A DNA stretch of 64,000 nt from Felis catus (taxonomy: Eukaryota). Position 1 is the first letter of the stretch. Every line of letters begins with the position of its first letter. Location of the stretch: the NCBI RefSeq assembly GCF_018350175.1, contig NC_058377.1, positions 100,626,001 through 100,690,000 on the forward strand, written 5' to 3'. A program made the translations under genes and the position numbers. The notes beneath the pieces are model-generated. The model did not search any database and was not told the origin of the DNA. It saw only the letters and a list, made by a program, of their open reading frames with translations. Positions 38,040 to 50,516 of this stretch are shown here, piece by piece.

Positions 38040-38829
38040 TACTATGACCTGTAGCTCAAGCTTCACTTCGTTATGCACCATTTTCTAGCTATTTTGACCA
38101 TGCTTTCCATTGTATATACCTTTTTAATTGATTTCCTGGATTACAAAAACATCTTTTTTATTTTAGAGGAAGATTTTCTAAGTTTTATTTAGCACAAATC
38201 CTCATTGTGGTATTTGTAGGAGAAAGTACTATAAATTTACGCCTGCTCTCAGAGTTAAATATGTGGAAAATGGTTGCCAAAGCGGAGGCTAGAGGAAGAA
38301 GTAGGGCCATTGGGATGTTCAGTAGGACACAAGAACCTTGCCACCCACTGTTCCATCAATTTCTTCTGCACTAAGGCAGACTTCAAATCCTGGCCTTAGG
38401 CTTCTTCTGCATTTTCTAGTTCAACCTCTGTAAAGACGTTACATTATTCCCTACTGTTTCCTCAGAATGTGTTTCAAAAAAAGCACATAATTTATTGTCT
38501 ATCAATATTGAATAGAGGTGAATTCTTGGTTTGTGCTCAAATTCCTCAAGGTATAAAAAGTTCTTAACCATGGCATAACTATTTTTTTAAGGACTGAAAA
38601 GGAATTAAGCCATTTTCAGCTGTCCATTGGCCAACTTTTCTTTTGGGAAATGTCTTACCCCATAAAAAAATGAGAGGGAGGTCTGGGGCTGTAATCTCCC
38701 AGGTAATCTAGTTTAAATAACACTTGGAAATTGAACAGCATTATATATACAGGTCCAATGCTGAAACCAATGAAGAGGCACCTTTTGAATAGAAAACACA
38801 CAAGAGCATTTTTAACATAAATGCCACTG

Positions 38830-39060
38830 ATGATTTTATTTCCTTTTAGTTTCAAAAATCAGGAGAAAATGATTCTCTTTATAAGGGAAATAGGAAAGTC
38901 CCAGAACCAGGACTTACATGGGCTGCTCATGTGATGAAATTAATCTTCAGCAGCAAAATTAAGCATTTATTTTGATCGTGTTGAAAGCACCAAATGCCGC
39001 CTTTTACTCAGAGATAAAGAAATTTGTCCAATGAGATAATCGCCTGGTAAGTAAAATTCC
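38830..39060 (+). promoter_or_regulatory. Candidate 5' non-coding exon or promoter-proximal region of gene 4
   Basis: CTG-GTAAGT donor at 39047; aligns by eye to the gene 5 upstream block. Confidence 0.45.
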
Positions 39061-40214
39061 AACCACTTTATAATAAAAAAAAAAAAACACATGACTTTCA
39101 AATTTTACAAAGCTTATATATACAGCATAAATTAAATTTTTATCTATAAGTATGCTGATTTTATAGGTTCATTTCCCTCTTCAAGTTTTGTAAATATTTT
39201 CTATAGCAACTTTCTGTTACATTAGTACTGAATTCAGTGAATGATTGTGACTATATCCCTGAGAAAACTTTGGAGCTGTTGTCAAAAAGTTAGCTCAACC
39301 TTGATTTCTTGAGTGAGGCAACTTGGTTACAGAAAGAAATAAAAAAAAAGGTAATATGCTCCTGGAATAATTCTAAGAATAATTTGAGCTTGACAGCCAA
39401 ATTATCAGTATCCAAAATCATTTATTTTAAAAATAAAAATAATCTTAAAATTAGTCTTCAGAAGCTATCAATATTTTATCCAAAATTTAAAGAGGCTTGG
39501 TTTCCTTTTGGCAAAAGAGAGATAATGAAAGAATCACTGGGCCTCTTAGGATCAACGATTAATACAAGTGGAAGATTTAGAACTACCTGTAGAGTATGGT
39601 AAGCACTAAATAATATTAGATATTGTCATTATTTCTCTTTTACGTCTGCGAAGGACTCTACTAATAATAGCAATCTATTTGATATAAATTGTAATAGCTT
39701 ACATTTTTATCTATTAACATTTTAGTGTACTTTTGTTTATTTTTCCCCATTATATATTGGGTACTTACTCCATACATAATGATTTGAGGGAAAAAATGTG
39801 AAAGAGAAAAAAATTAATGCCTGTTGCATACTTTGTACTTGATTATTCAACCTACACAATTATGGAACATTGATGTTAGGAATGCCCATGTTAAAAAAGG
39901 AAAAACTGCCAGACAAGTTAATTACCTTACTCCAGACCATATGGCCAGATCTCTAGCCTGGTTTTGTGTAAATCCAAAATGAATCCACTGAGTGTAATAT
40001 TAAATTATCAAGGGTAAGAAGAATACAAGGCACTGTCATTGCCTGATGAACTGCCTTGAATCAATGTAATGAAAATTAATTTCCTGGATGTTCAAATTAA
40101 AATTTTAATAATGAGATAAGTGGAAGTATTTCAGGGAGGCTTAATGAGATAAAGATTTCCACAGGTTTAAAGACCCAGCAGTTGTGTACATTTTTCAGTG
40201 CTCATCAAAATAAT

Positions 40215-40503
40215 CCCCTTTGCCCATTTCGCCCATCTCCCCACCCATCTCTCCTCTGGCCACCACCAGTTTGTTCACTGTATTTAAAATTCTGAGGTTT
40301 CTGTTGTTTGTTTTTTTTTTTGTCTCTTTTTTCTTTGTTCATTTCTTTGGTTTCTTAAATTCCACAGATGAGTGAAATCATATGGTATTTGTCTTTCTCT
40401 GACTGACTTATTTCACTTAACATTATATATTCTATGTCCTTCTATGTTGTTGCAAATGGCAAGATTACATTCCTTTTTATGGCTGAGTAATATTCCATTG
40501 CAC

Positions 40504-40545
<42 letters not shown>

Positions 40546-40640
40546 CACATCTTTATCCATTCATTTACTGTTGGGCACTTGAGTTACTTCCATAATTTGG
40601 CTATTATAAATAATGCAGTAATAAGTATAGGGGTGAAATA
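40215..40640 (-). mobile_element. L1 3' fragment (L1MA/L1_Carn-like) with (TG)n
   Basis: gagtgaaatcatatggtatttgtctttctctgactgacttatttcactt...ggctgagtaatattccattg. Confidence 0.88.
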
Positions 40641-41950
40641 TTTGCAAAAGAGTGGTTTTTAAGCATGGGTATGACATAGAAAACCATAATTTTAGAGATT
40701 AATTTAGCATGGTATATTGAATAAACTAAAAAGGGACAAAGAGTTATTAAAATAGAGATGGAATATCTCTGTCACACTAGGTGACTAGCCTGGATGCTGT
40801 TATAGGACCCTTTGCTATCAGAAAGGAGAGAGGACTAAGGACAGGGGGAACCTGAAATATATCCTCCAACAAGTGCCTTAAAGTATCTAATAGTTGCAAA
40901 CAAGGACAGGAAAAACAGTCTGTTACCCCCTACATCCTTTAAAAAAAGGATACGTTCTTTTTTTTTTTCAAAATCAAGGAATCAATTAGTGACAGAAATT
41001 TGAGTTCTTAAAAAAAATTGGTATAGTTCTTACATTTTAAGATAAGAGAAAAAGAGTCTAGGTAAGGGTTGGATTTTATGGCCTACAAATCAGTAAAGCA
41101 AAGCAAGTTTAAATTAAAAAAAAAAATGTATCTCAGCCCCTACACCAGCTCTTTGACTGTATGTAAAATTGGGATTAAAATATCCTTGCTCCTATTTGAG
41201 GTAAGTCTGTTGAGGCTAATGCTTCCTACAAAAGCAGGTAGGTTGTACCTTCCAGGATTTTGATAGATTTTTTTGCAGAATTGAAGAAGATGAGGTGACT
41301 GAATCAATAAGGAAGGGCCAGTTTTCATTTTTTTGTTTGTATTTCATATATTTATTGTGTGCTTATTTGTAAAAGTGGAGAATATTTATGTAATGTTTCC
41401 ATATTTAAAGCTAAGTTTAAATGGCCGAGTTCCATGTTCTTCCTGAAATTTATTTTGCTTTTCTACACGTCATCACCATGAGGGCCAGGACCTTCCACAT
41501 CTACTCCTAAAGTCCATTACCCTACATGGTAGGAACTCAAAAAATATTTGTCACATAAAGAAATAAAGTATTCATCTCTCTTTTTGTACACACCATCTTG
41601 AAACCCTTACTACGTGCAATTGATTTGAAACTTTGAAAAGCTCCATGTAGTATAGAGAAGGGAAGTGTCTTTTCTTTGACTTTTTTATTTTATGTGATTA
41701 TTTTATGAAAGTTTTATTTCAATTAACAGATGAGAGAAAGGAGGAACCGGAGGAAGCGAAGAAACCCAGCTATGGTCATAGCTTGTGCTATGTGTTTATG
41801 CCAAATGAGTCCTTCTGGCTCCTGATACGAGGTTCTCTCTCTAAGTCACATAAACCTGAAATCGGGATGTTGTAAATCTAAAATTCAGCGACTTTAATAT
41901 TAACAAGAGAGGCATTGTAAATAATATGAAGGTGTTGGAAATGTAAGTTC

Positions 41951-42172
41951 TTTTTAAAAAAAATTTTTTTAATGTTTATTTATTTTTGAAGGAGAGAGAC
42001 AGAGTGTGAGAGGGGGAGGAAGAGAGAGAGAGGGAGACCCAGGATCCGAAGCAGGCTCCAGGTTCCGAGCTGTCAGCACAGAGCCCGAAGCGGGGCTGGA
42101 ACTCATGAACCCGCCAGATCATGACCTGAGCCGAGGTCGGGACGCTTAACCGACTGAGCCCCCCAGACGCCC
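41951..42172 (-). mobile_element. Can-SINE
   Basis: TSD ggaaatgtaagttct. Confidence 0.93.
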
Positions 42173-42570
42173 GGAAATGTAAGTTCTAATTTAAACAGCA
42201 CACTTATGAATTCTTTGGGTATCTGATGATGCGTTGGAGAATTGTCACAAAGAAACGTTCGACTGGGGTTAACAAGGGAACCAGGGAGTCATTGAATTTT
42301 TGGCCAGTTTGCCTGTTTGAGATTTAGTTAACGTGAAAGAGCAACAGAGACAGAAAGACAGTGTTTCAAACTATCTTGCTTGTTAATTAATGACATTTTT
42401 CTATTCATATTTTTTTTCTTATGAAAATCATGTTTTTTTTCAAGGCTGTATGAAGAAAAGTATTAAAAATGAGCTTAGATTCTTGGAAAGGACTAATGGT
42501 ACGCTTTAACCACAGAGGCACGTTGGCAAACTCATTGAAAATAAACAAAAGAAAACAAGAAAACAAAAAA

Positions 42571-42770
42571 GGGGCACCTGGGTGGCTCCGTCAGTTAAGC
42601 GTCCAACTTCAGCTCCGGTGGTAATCTCACAAATCATGGGTTCCAGCCCCACATCGGGCTCTGTGTTGACAGCTCAGAGCACTGAGACTGCTTGGGATTC
42701 TGTGTCTCCCTCTCTCTCTGCCCCTCCCCCACTCACTCTGTAAATAAACATTTAAAAGAATTTAAAAAAA
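42571..42770 (+). mobile_element. Can-SINE
   Basis: ggggcacctgggtggctc start; TSD-like aagaaaacaa. Confidence 0.9.
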
Positions 42771-43212
42771 GAAAACAAGCAAATTCACTATTTAAATTAA
42801 AGCTATTTAAAAATATCTTCTATATATTTTTTCTGATTGCAGGAATACTGAGAATATATGTAATAGCCTGAAAAATGGTCCTTGGGAGGCACTTTTTATG
42901 GAATCGTCATTATTTCTACAAGAAATAATTCAGTCACCTTAAAAATATAAGAAAAATGGTGAAATCATGATTTATTCATGCAATCTTTCATTTATTAAAA
43001 AAAATGATTGAAGTCCAGTATGTGTCTAGCAAGTGCCATTCATGCCTGTTTGAATTGCTCTAGCATAGCGTGTGTCTCTCAATATTAAGTATTTCATTCT
43101 TTCCTTTTCATCTATTTCCGTCAAAAGATATGTCACAGCCACTTGCTCCTCAGCTGGTATCATATTTTCTTTATTGCTGGCTATACTGTTGATAAATATT
43201 AAATGGTTCCAA

Positions 43213-43539
43213 CCCAGAGTCAGGACTTAGAGTGAGACAAATGAATTACTCATCTTGTGTGCAAACAGCTCAATAATGAAGATAGTAAGATTTTTATGCA
43301 GTATTTAAAAAATGCAAATTCCACCATAAAAAAACCCAGAATTCTATTTATTTATTTTTCCAAGTTTGTTTTAAGGAATTCCAGTTGGCTAACATACACG
43401 TAATATTAGTTTCAAGTATAGAATTTAGTGATTCAACCCCCCACCCCCTTCCAAAAAAAAAAACCCGGAATTTTAAATAAAGACAGGATTCTATCTTACA
43501 ATTGTGTAATTCACCTCACTTGCTTGGATTCCAGCCTGG
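43213..43539. mobile_element. MER96-like hAT MITE interrupted by a short L1 tail
   Basis: cagagtcaggacttagagtgagacaa start, aattttaaataaagacaggat internal motif, cctcacttg...agcctgg end. Confidence 0.55.
43344..43450 (-). mobile_element. Very short carnivore L1 3' tail
   Basis: taacatacacgtaatattagtttcaagtatagaatttagtgattca; TSD aaaaaaaccc.gaatt. Confidence 0.7.
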
Positions 43540-43854
43540 CTATTTCAAACCATCAAGCAGATGAGTTACTCCAGGAAAAGAAATGCATCCCCTCTAAGCT
43601 CACCTTTTGCATCTTCTACATAAGATGTCTGTGCATCTTTGTTTATGACATGAGCGAGTATGACCATTAATATTATTCCTTTTCACTCTACAAAGTAACC
43701 TGATCTGTTAAATTATATGTTAAGCTTATTCATAAAAGCTTAGAATTACTTTAAAATGTACTATAGGAAGCTGATTAGATAAATGAATTTATTTTTACAA
43801 CACTCATTCGAATCCACACCATGCTCAGTCAATATTTCCCATGAGGACTTGTCA

Positions 43855-43870
43855 TTTTTCTTTTTTTCAG
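43855..43870 (+). promoter_or_regulatory. Putative splice acceptor of the gene 4 coding exon
   Basis: tttttctttttttcAG ends 32 nt before the ATG. Confidence 0.75.
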
Positions 43871-43902
43871 GAAAACCTGTTGAGATTTAACTGCATTAGA
43901 CC

Positions 43903-44841
43903 ATGGAAAATATGAACAACGTCACTGAATTTGTTCTGTTGGGACTTTCCCAGAACAAGAAAATTAAAAACTTGTGCTTTCTACTATTCTTATTTTGTTA
44001 CATAGCTATTTGGATGGGAAACTTGCTCATAATGATTTCTATCACATGCAGCCCGCTAATTGACCAACCCATGTATTTCTTCCTTAATAACCTTGCGCTC
44101 TCAGATCTGTGTTATACGTCAACAGTGACACCCAAGCTAGTCACCGACTTGCTGGCAGAAAGTAACATGATTTCTTATACTAGCTGTATGGCACAGCTTT
44201 TTGCCATGCATTTCTTTGGGGGGATTGAAATCTTTATCCTCACAGCGATGGCCTATGACCGCTACGTGGCCATCTGCAAGCCCCTGCACTATACCATCAT
44301 CATGAACACGCAGAGGTGTTATACCATAGTCACTGCTAGCTGTACCGGGGCATTTCTGCATTCTTTTTTCCAGTGTCTCCTTACCATCAATTTACCTTTC
44401 TGTGGCCCCAATGAAATAGATCACTACTTCTGTGATGTGTATCCTTTGCTGAAACTGGCCTGCACAGACACTTACCGAGTTGGGATCCTAGTGGTTGCCA
44501 ACTCAGGCATGATGGGCTTGGTGACCTTTGTGGTCTTGGTGCTGTCTTACTTGTTGATATTGTACACCATCAGGGCTTACCCTGCAGAGAGCCGCACCAA
44601 AGCACTTTCCACCTGTAGTTCCCACATCACAGTTGTTGTTCTGTTCTTTGTGCCTGTTCTCTTCATTTACATTAGACCAACCACAACTTTCCCGGAAGAC
44701 AAAGTGTTTGCTCTCTTCTACACCATCATTGCCCCCATGTTTAACCCTCTCATTTACACATTCAGAAACGTGGAGATGAAGACTGCCTTGAGAAAAGTGT
44801 GGTGCCAGAAACTATGTTTTATTGGAAGGCAAATCATCTGA
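43903..44841 (+). CDS. Olfactory receptor OR4P4-like, 312 aa, intact (gene 4)
   Basis: Full ORF with [46 protein letters not shown]; Kozak accATGg. Confidence 0.95.
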   Translation: MENMNNVTEFVLLGLSQNKKIKNLCFLLFLFCYIAIWMGNLLIMISITCSPLIDQPMYFFLNNLALSDLCYTSTVTPKLVTDLLAESNMISYTSCMAQLFAMHFFGGIEIFILTAMAYDRYVAICKPLHYTIIMNTQRCYTIVTASCTGAFLHSFFQCLLTINLPFCGPNEIDHYFCDVYPLLKLACTDTYRVGILVVANSGMMGLVTFVVLVLSYLLILYTIRAYPAESRTKALSTCSSHITVVVLFFVPVLFIYIRPTTTFPEDKVFALFYTIIAPMFNPLIYTFRNVEMKTALRKVWCQKLCFIGRQII

Positions 44842-46312
44842 AAGGCATTTTCCCTCCTCATTACATATCTTACTTATGTGACATTCATTGTCTTGAAAAA
44901 CCATGAACTCCGCTCTAAGAAAAATAAGCATAGACATCGGTGTCAGTGATATTCTCTCTACTCAAGTTCATTAAACCATGAATTTTTCTCTAGGAAATAT
45001 AAGCATAGACATTGGGGTGACTGCATTAATATAATAATTTACCTTGAAATACTTTCTTTTTTCTTTATTGTTTCTTATTTTTATTTTTCCCTTGTAATCT
45101 GAGTCCTCATTTCCTTGCTGAAATTCTTTGATATACTTTTCCTTTGGATTCTGTCCATAAGTGGCTAACTGAAAGTCCCCTTTTCTAATCTCCCTATTCT
45201 TTGGATTCATGAATGAAATCTTCAGATGGACATAAACCGTAATCCTATTAATCATCACAGACATAAATGGTCCTCCCTGTGTTCTCATCAAAAAGGAGCA
45301 TCAGAAACTTAGAATCATGTTTTCCACTTAGCTCTTTAGTTTCCATATTCATTGCAACAATTTAAAAAGCAAATACTATTAAGTAGGGTCTAAGGAATAA
45401 AAGCATTATTTATGTAAGTAATAATGGTTGTATAAAAACCCGAAGAGTTTTTCTAAAATGACTTAATTAGATCATTTAAAAATCACAGCATTTTAATAAT
45501 TACAGAAATATTTGCTATAAAAATCCTCTTTATATTGTAATAAAAAAGTAGTATTGGTAATAAATAAGGTAGCTATATAACTCATTCTCCAAACTGAGCC
45601 TCATTTGAGTGTAAAATGGCGGTCTACTGATACTTGTGCTGACACAGCAGACATAAAATGAGATTGCACCAGGTGAGTAGGATGTTTGGCTACTTTTAAA
45701 TGTCTGAGAAGTATGGATGCCTTAGAAAGGCTAGTCGCAGTTACACTGTAGACTCTCCACTTAATATTACTTGGGGCCAATGTGACTGTAAAAACCAATA
45801 TAAATTCTGGCATTGAAACTACTTGTTTCAACATGCTTAATTTATTTAATTTAAGAATATGCTTAAATTTATTTTTTCCATTGCCATCAGAACGAAAACT
45901 ATAAATTTCCAATTTCTATAGAGCATCTATAGCTCTGGATATCCATTGATGTCTGTAGAATTGAAAAGTTCTTCAAATAATTGAAGTAAATAACTGTTTT
46001 TATCTTAATTATTCAATGAGGTCAGACACATTGGACATCATGAAAGTGGAACAAACATTATATTGCACAGCTTAGGGGGGAAATGAACAGAGACTGAATA
46101 TATAAACAAATACATAAATAGAGAAGCAAAAAAAAAGTCATAGCACAGTGTACAATGAAAAATTTTAGGGAGTTCAAATGGAAAGATATGATTGGTTATT
46201 AACCAACTTGAATTTAAATAAGTAAATTTAAAATAAACTCTAATTCTCTGAAAAAAAAATGACTGGAGAGCTGTCTCCAGAAAGGGCATGTTTGTAAAGG
46301 TATTAAAATTTT

Positions 46313-46542
46313 GGGGCGCCTGGGTGGCTCAGTCGGTTGAGCAGCCGACTTCGGCTCAGGTCATGATCTCGCGGTCTGTGAGTTCGAGCCCCGCGTCGGG
46401 CTCTGTGCTGACAGCTCAGAGCCTGGAGCCTGTTTCAGATTCCGTGTCTCCTTCTCTCTCTGACCCTCCCCCATTCATGCTCTGTCTCTCTCTGTCCCCA
46501 AAATAAACTAACTTAAAAAATAAAAAAATAAAAATTAAAAAA
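46313..46542 (+). mobile_element. Can-SINE (SINEC_Fc type)
   Basis: Near-consensus body. Confidence 0.95.
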
Positions 46543-47281
46543 TTATTTTAAGAGCATTGTTACTAGAGCAATTGATAAACTAACTGGGTCTTTAGTGAAA
46601 TTCTTATGCAGCCTACATCATGACACATGTCAGTTTATACGACTTCATTAAAGGTAACTCTTGGAGTAGTAAGACAACTATTAACAAATGCTTTATTTTT
46701 AACACTTGATTTTGGTTTAAACTCTTAAATTTATTGTCTAATGAAAATTACTTGTGATTATATGTAACTAGTATTACAAAGTAAAATAATAACAGAGATG
46801 ACAATTATGATTCAAGTGGTGTCTTATAACACTCTAAATGAAAAAGAAAATACGACGTTAGCAACATAATTAAGCATGTGAATGAATAATATCTTCCTAC
46901 ATGAGAGACCCTGGAAAGACAACTAGTCTTTCCTCCTCTTTTTCTTCTTCTGTAAAATGGAGATAATAGTAACTGCCTCATAAGGTAATTGTAAAAATGG
47001 AAGGATATGAGTATTGTTCTTAGAAAAGAAACTGCTCAAAATAATTTTTATTGTTGTTATTATCCCCTAGCATCTGTAAATTAATTTCTGTGGAACATTC
47101 AAATTAAAACATTTCAACATAAATATTTGATTTTATACTTTGAAATTTTTATTTTAGAATTATAAGCATAATGATTTTTGTGACTTATGTCCATACATGT
47201 GTAAGTAACATTATAATAAAGCATGATTTCAGTCAACACAAGTTATTTTTGAGGATCTTTTTCTTAAAAAGCTCTAAAACT

Positions 47282-47498
47282 GAGGCTCCTTGGTGGCTCA
47301 GTCAGTGAAGCGTCAGACTAGATTTTGGCTCAGGTCTGTAACTCACAGTTCATGAGTTCGAGCCCCACATCAGGCTCCACGCTGGCAGTGTGGAGCCTGA
47401 TGGGGATTCTCTCTCTCTCTCTCTCTCTCTCTTCCCTCCTCAGTTCTCCCTGTCTGTCTCTCTCTCTCAGTAAATAAATAAACTTTTTTTTTTAAAAA
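47282..47498 (+). mobile_element. Can-SINE
   Basis: TSD aaaaagctctaaaact. Confidence 0.9.
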
Positions 47499-47647
47499 AG
47501 CTCTAAAACTTTAATTTTTAATTAATTATCTAATTATTGGCTTTATTTTACAGGTGAGTAAACTGAAATTTAGAGGTTAAAAGTTTTCTAAGCATCAAAC
47601 TGGAACCTAAAAAGGCAATTACATAGTTTGGGAAAGAAAAGACTTTT

Positions 47648-47829
47648 GGGGTGCCTGGGTGGCTCAGTCAGTTAAGAGTCCTCCTTTGGCTCTGGTCATG
47701 ATCTCACGGTTCATGAGCTCGAGCCCTGTGTCAAGCTCTATGCTGACAGCTCAGAGCCTGGAACCTGTTTCAGATTCTGTGTCTCCTTCTCTCTCTTTCA
47801 CTCTCTCTGAGCCTATTTCAGATTCTGTG

Positions 47830-47870
<41 letters not shown>

Positions 47871-47920
47871 AAAAAGAAATACATATTATAAAATTTTTAA
47901 AAAAAGAAAAAGAAAAATAA
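47648..47920 (+). mobile_element. Can-SINE with an internal duplication
   Basis: tttcagattctgtgtctcct occurs twice. Confidence 0.9.
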
Positions 47921-48008
47921 ATTCTCGTATAAATTGATATCAACAGTCAAAGTTTATCAGGCTTGCCAGCAAGAGGGAAATTTTCACACTAGCCAGATCA
48001 AGATTTCA

Positions 48009-48234
48009 CTTTTTTTTGTCTTTTTTTTTGATGTTTATTTATTTTTGGAGAGAGTGTGAGTGGGGGGAGGGTCAGAGAAGGGGACAGAGGATCCAGGACC
48101 CGTAGCAGGTTCTGCGTTGACAGCAGCAAGCCTCATGCAGGGCTGGAACTCATGACCATGAGATGGTGATCTGAGCTGAGATCGTGACCTGCACCAAAGT
48201 CAGATGCTTAACCGATGCAACCACCCAGGTGCCC
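48009..48234 (-). mobile_element. Can-SINE
   Basis: TSD aaga.ttcact. Confidence 0.88.
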
Positions 48235-48279
48235 AAGAGTTCACTCTTGATGGTGTCATGTATAAAAGAAAAGGTAGAA

Positions 48280-48378
48280 GGGGTGCCTGGGTGGCTCAGT
48301 CAGTTGAGCATGGGACTCTTGGCCTCAGCTCAGGTCTTGATCTCAGGGTCGTGAATTTAAGCCCTGTGTTGGGTTCCA
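48280..48378 (+). mobile_element. Can-SINE 5' part, cut by the assembly gap
   Basis: ggggtgcctgggtggctcagtcagttgag. Confidence 0.85.
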
Positions 48379-48536
48379 NNNNNNNNNNNNNNNNNNNNNN
48401 NNNNNNNNNNNNNNNNNNNNNNNNNNNNNNNNNNNNNNNNNNNNNNNNNNNNNNNNNNNNNNNNNNNNNNNNNNNNNNNNNNNNNNNNNNNNNNNNNNNN
48501 NNNNNNNNNNNNNNNNNNNNNNNNNNNNNNNNNNNN
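48379..48536. other. Assembly gap (N run)
   Basis: 158 N. Confidence 1.
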
Positions 48537-48582
48537 TCAGATAAGATTTTCAGACTAGATACAACTGAGGAATGCCTTGTTT

Positions 48583-48622
48583 AAACAAAACAAAACAAAA
48601 CAAAACAAAACAAAACAAAACA
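48583..48622 (+). repeat. (AAAAC)n microsatellite
   Basis: About 8 units. Confidence 0.95.
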
Positions 48623-49234
48623 CCACATAGTTGGATGAGTGAATCCAACTTCTCCAAAGATGCACTTCTTTCCATTAACTTTCATCAGAGAACTGCTTAA
48701 ACATTCCATTCCCGTGTACTTGCTGACTCACTCTATCATCTATTTATCATTTATCCATCATCTTTCTCTCTCTTTTTCCTATCAGCATCCCCTATCTATC
48801 CCATCAGTAAACCTGCTCTATATTTTATATGAAATATTATTTTAGGATTATTTTAAACTTGAATTTAGATAGCAAGTGAAAATCTTTTACTTTGAAAAGG
48901 TCCTTAGTTTGGAGAGATTTATATTTTCTTCCTTCCTGAAGTACAAGTAGTTGTGGTTACTCCTTGATTATATATATTTTATGTCAAACCAGTTAAAATA
49001 GCATGGATTCAGCCATACCAATCATTGCTACCCATACACATTTTGGAGTGTCTTGTCTGGATGATTGGATCCAGGGTAGAATCCTGTCTGGTCTGGATGA
49101 AGCCAGAATATTTAGAAGTAGAAAAATAAGCAGAGAAGGTACATATCAGAAGTATCTAATGTCTAAGTAGGTCATTAAGCCATGAAGGCGGTTCCTATAA
49201 GGGATGAGAAGCAGAGCTATGTGACAAGATATTT

Positions 49235-49360
49235 ATAAATTCATTCAATAAATATTTATTGAGCTCCTATATGTGATATAGACTTTGCTGGCTACTAGGA
49301 AATTAGCAGTAAAATAAATACGATATGCCCTTACTTTCATGGAACTTAAAATTTAGCGAA
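49235..49360. mobile_element. L2 3' fragment
   Basis: tcattcaataaatatttattgagctcctatatgtg...tcatggaactta. Confidence 0.6.
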
Positions 49361-49538
49361 GCATGAAAACAAGGGAAGCACACCCAGAAAGGAATATGAA
49401 AGAGTAATCCACTGATGGCGTTTTGCTGTTTAAGGCTTGCCTTTTGCATGTTGTGACTGAATTTTCCATTGGCAAAGAATCAGAGAAAGGGGGTGTGTGA
49501 TGAGAAGATACCCATTTACATTTAAAGATGACGAGCCT

Positions 49539-50477
49539 TCAAATCATTGACTTCCCTTTCCAAAACCTTGCACCGCACCAAACTTTCCTTATGGCATTTT
49601 TCATCTCTGTGTTTCTAAGTGTGTAGATAAGAGGATTGAGCATGGGGACAATAATTGTGTAGAAGAGTGTGAACACTTTATCTTCCGGTAAAGTTGTGGC
49701 AGGTCGAATGTAAACAAAGATGACAGGTGCAAAAAACAGGATCACAACCGTGATGTGGGAGCTGCAGGTGGAAAGGGCCTTGTGGCGGTTCTCTGCAGAA
49801 TATGCTCTTACATTGCATAATATCATGAAGTAGGAAGCCATCAAAACCACGAAGATCCCCAGTCCCATCAGGCCGGAATTGGCAATGACTAAGAAACCAA
49901 TTTTGTGTGTATCAGTGCAGGCCAGTTTCAATAAAGGATATACATCGCAGAAATAGTGATCTATTTCATTGGGGCCACAGAATGGCAGAAAAATTGCAAG
50001 AAGAAACAGGCCAATGGAATGCAGAAACCCACCTGCACATGATGCTCCGAGAATTGAGTTACATCGTTGTCTACTCATGAGGATGGCATAATGGAGTGGT
50101 TTGCAGATGGCCACATAGCGGTCGTAGGCCATTCCTGTGATGATGCAGACCTCGACCCCCCCAAAGAAGTGTGTGGTGAACAGCTGTGTCATGCAGTTAT
50201 GATAGGAAATGACCTTCTTCCCTGTCAGTAAGTCAGTCATTAGTTTGGGTGTCACAGTGGAGGTGTAGAGGAGGTCTGAGAGGGCAAGGTAATTAAGGAA
50301 GAAGTACATGGGCTGGTTAATTAGCTGACTGTAGGTGATAGAAGCCATAATAATCAGATTCCCCAACCAGATAGTGAGGTAACAGAGTAAGAAAAATAAA
50401 AAGCAGAGGATCTGGACTCTCTTACTCTTAGAAAGTCCCAGGAGAATAAATTCAGTAACATTATTCCTATTTTCCAT
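49539..50477 (-). CDS. Olfactory receptor OR4P4-like, 312 aa, intact (gene 5)
   Basis: Full ORF with [46 protein letters not shown]. Confidence 0.95.
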   Translation of the reverse strand: MENRNNVTEFILLGLSKSKRVQILCFLFFLLCYLTIWLGNLIIMASITYSQLINQPMYFFLNYLALSDLLYTSTVTPKLMTDLLTGKKVISYHNCMTQLFTTHFFGGVEVCIITGMAYDRYVAICKPLHYAILMSRQRCNSILGASCAGGFLHSIGLFLLAIFLPFCGPNEIDHYFCDVYPLLKLACTDTHKIGFLVIANSGLMGLGIFVVLMASYFMILCNVRAYSAENRHKALSTCSSHITVVILFFAPVIFVYIRPATTLPEDKVFTLFYTIIVPMLNPLIYTLRNTEMKNAIRKVWCGARFWKGKSMI

Positions 50478-50500
50478 GATCCGATGCTCCAGAAAGGTAT

Positions 50501-50516
50501 CTGAGAGGACAAAAGT
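50501..50516 (-). promoter_or_regulatory. Putative splice acceptor of the gene 5 coding exon
   Basis: Minus strand acttttgtcctctcAG ends 23 nt before the ATG. Confidence 0.65.
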
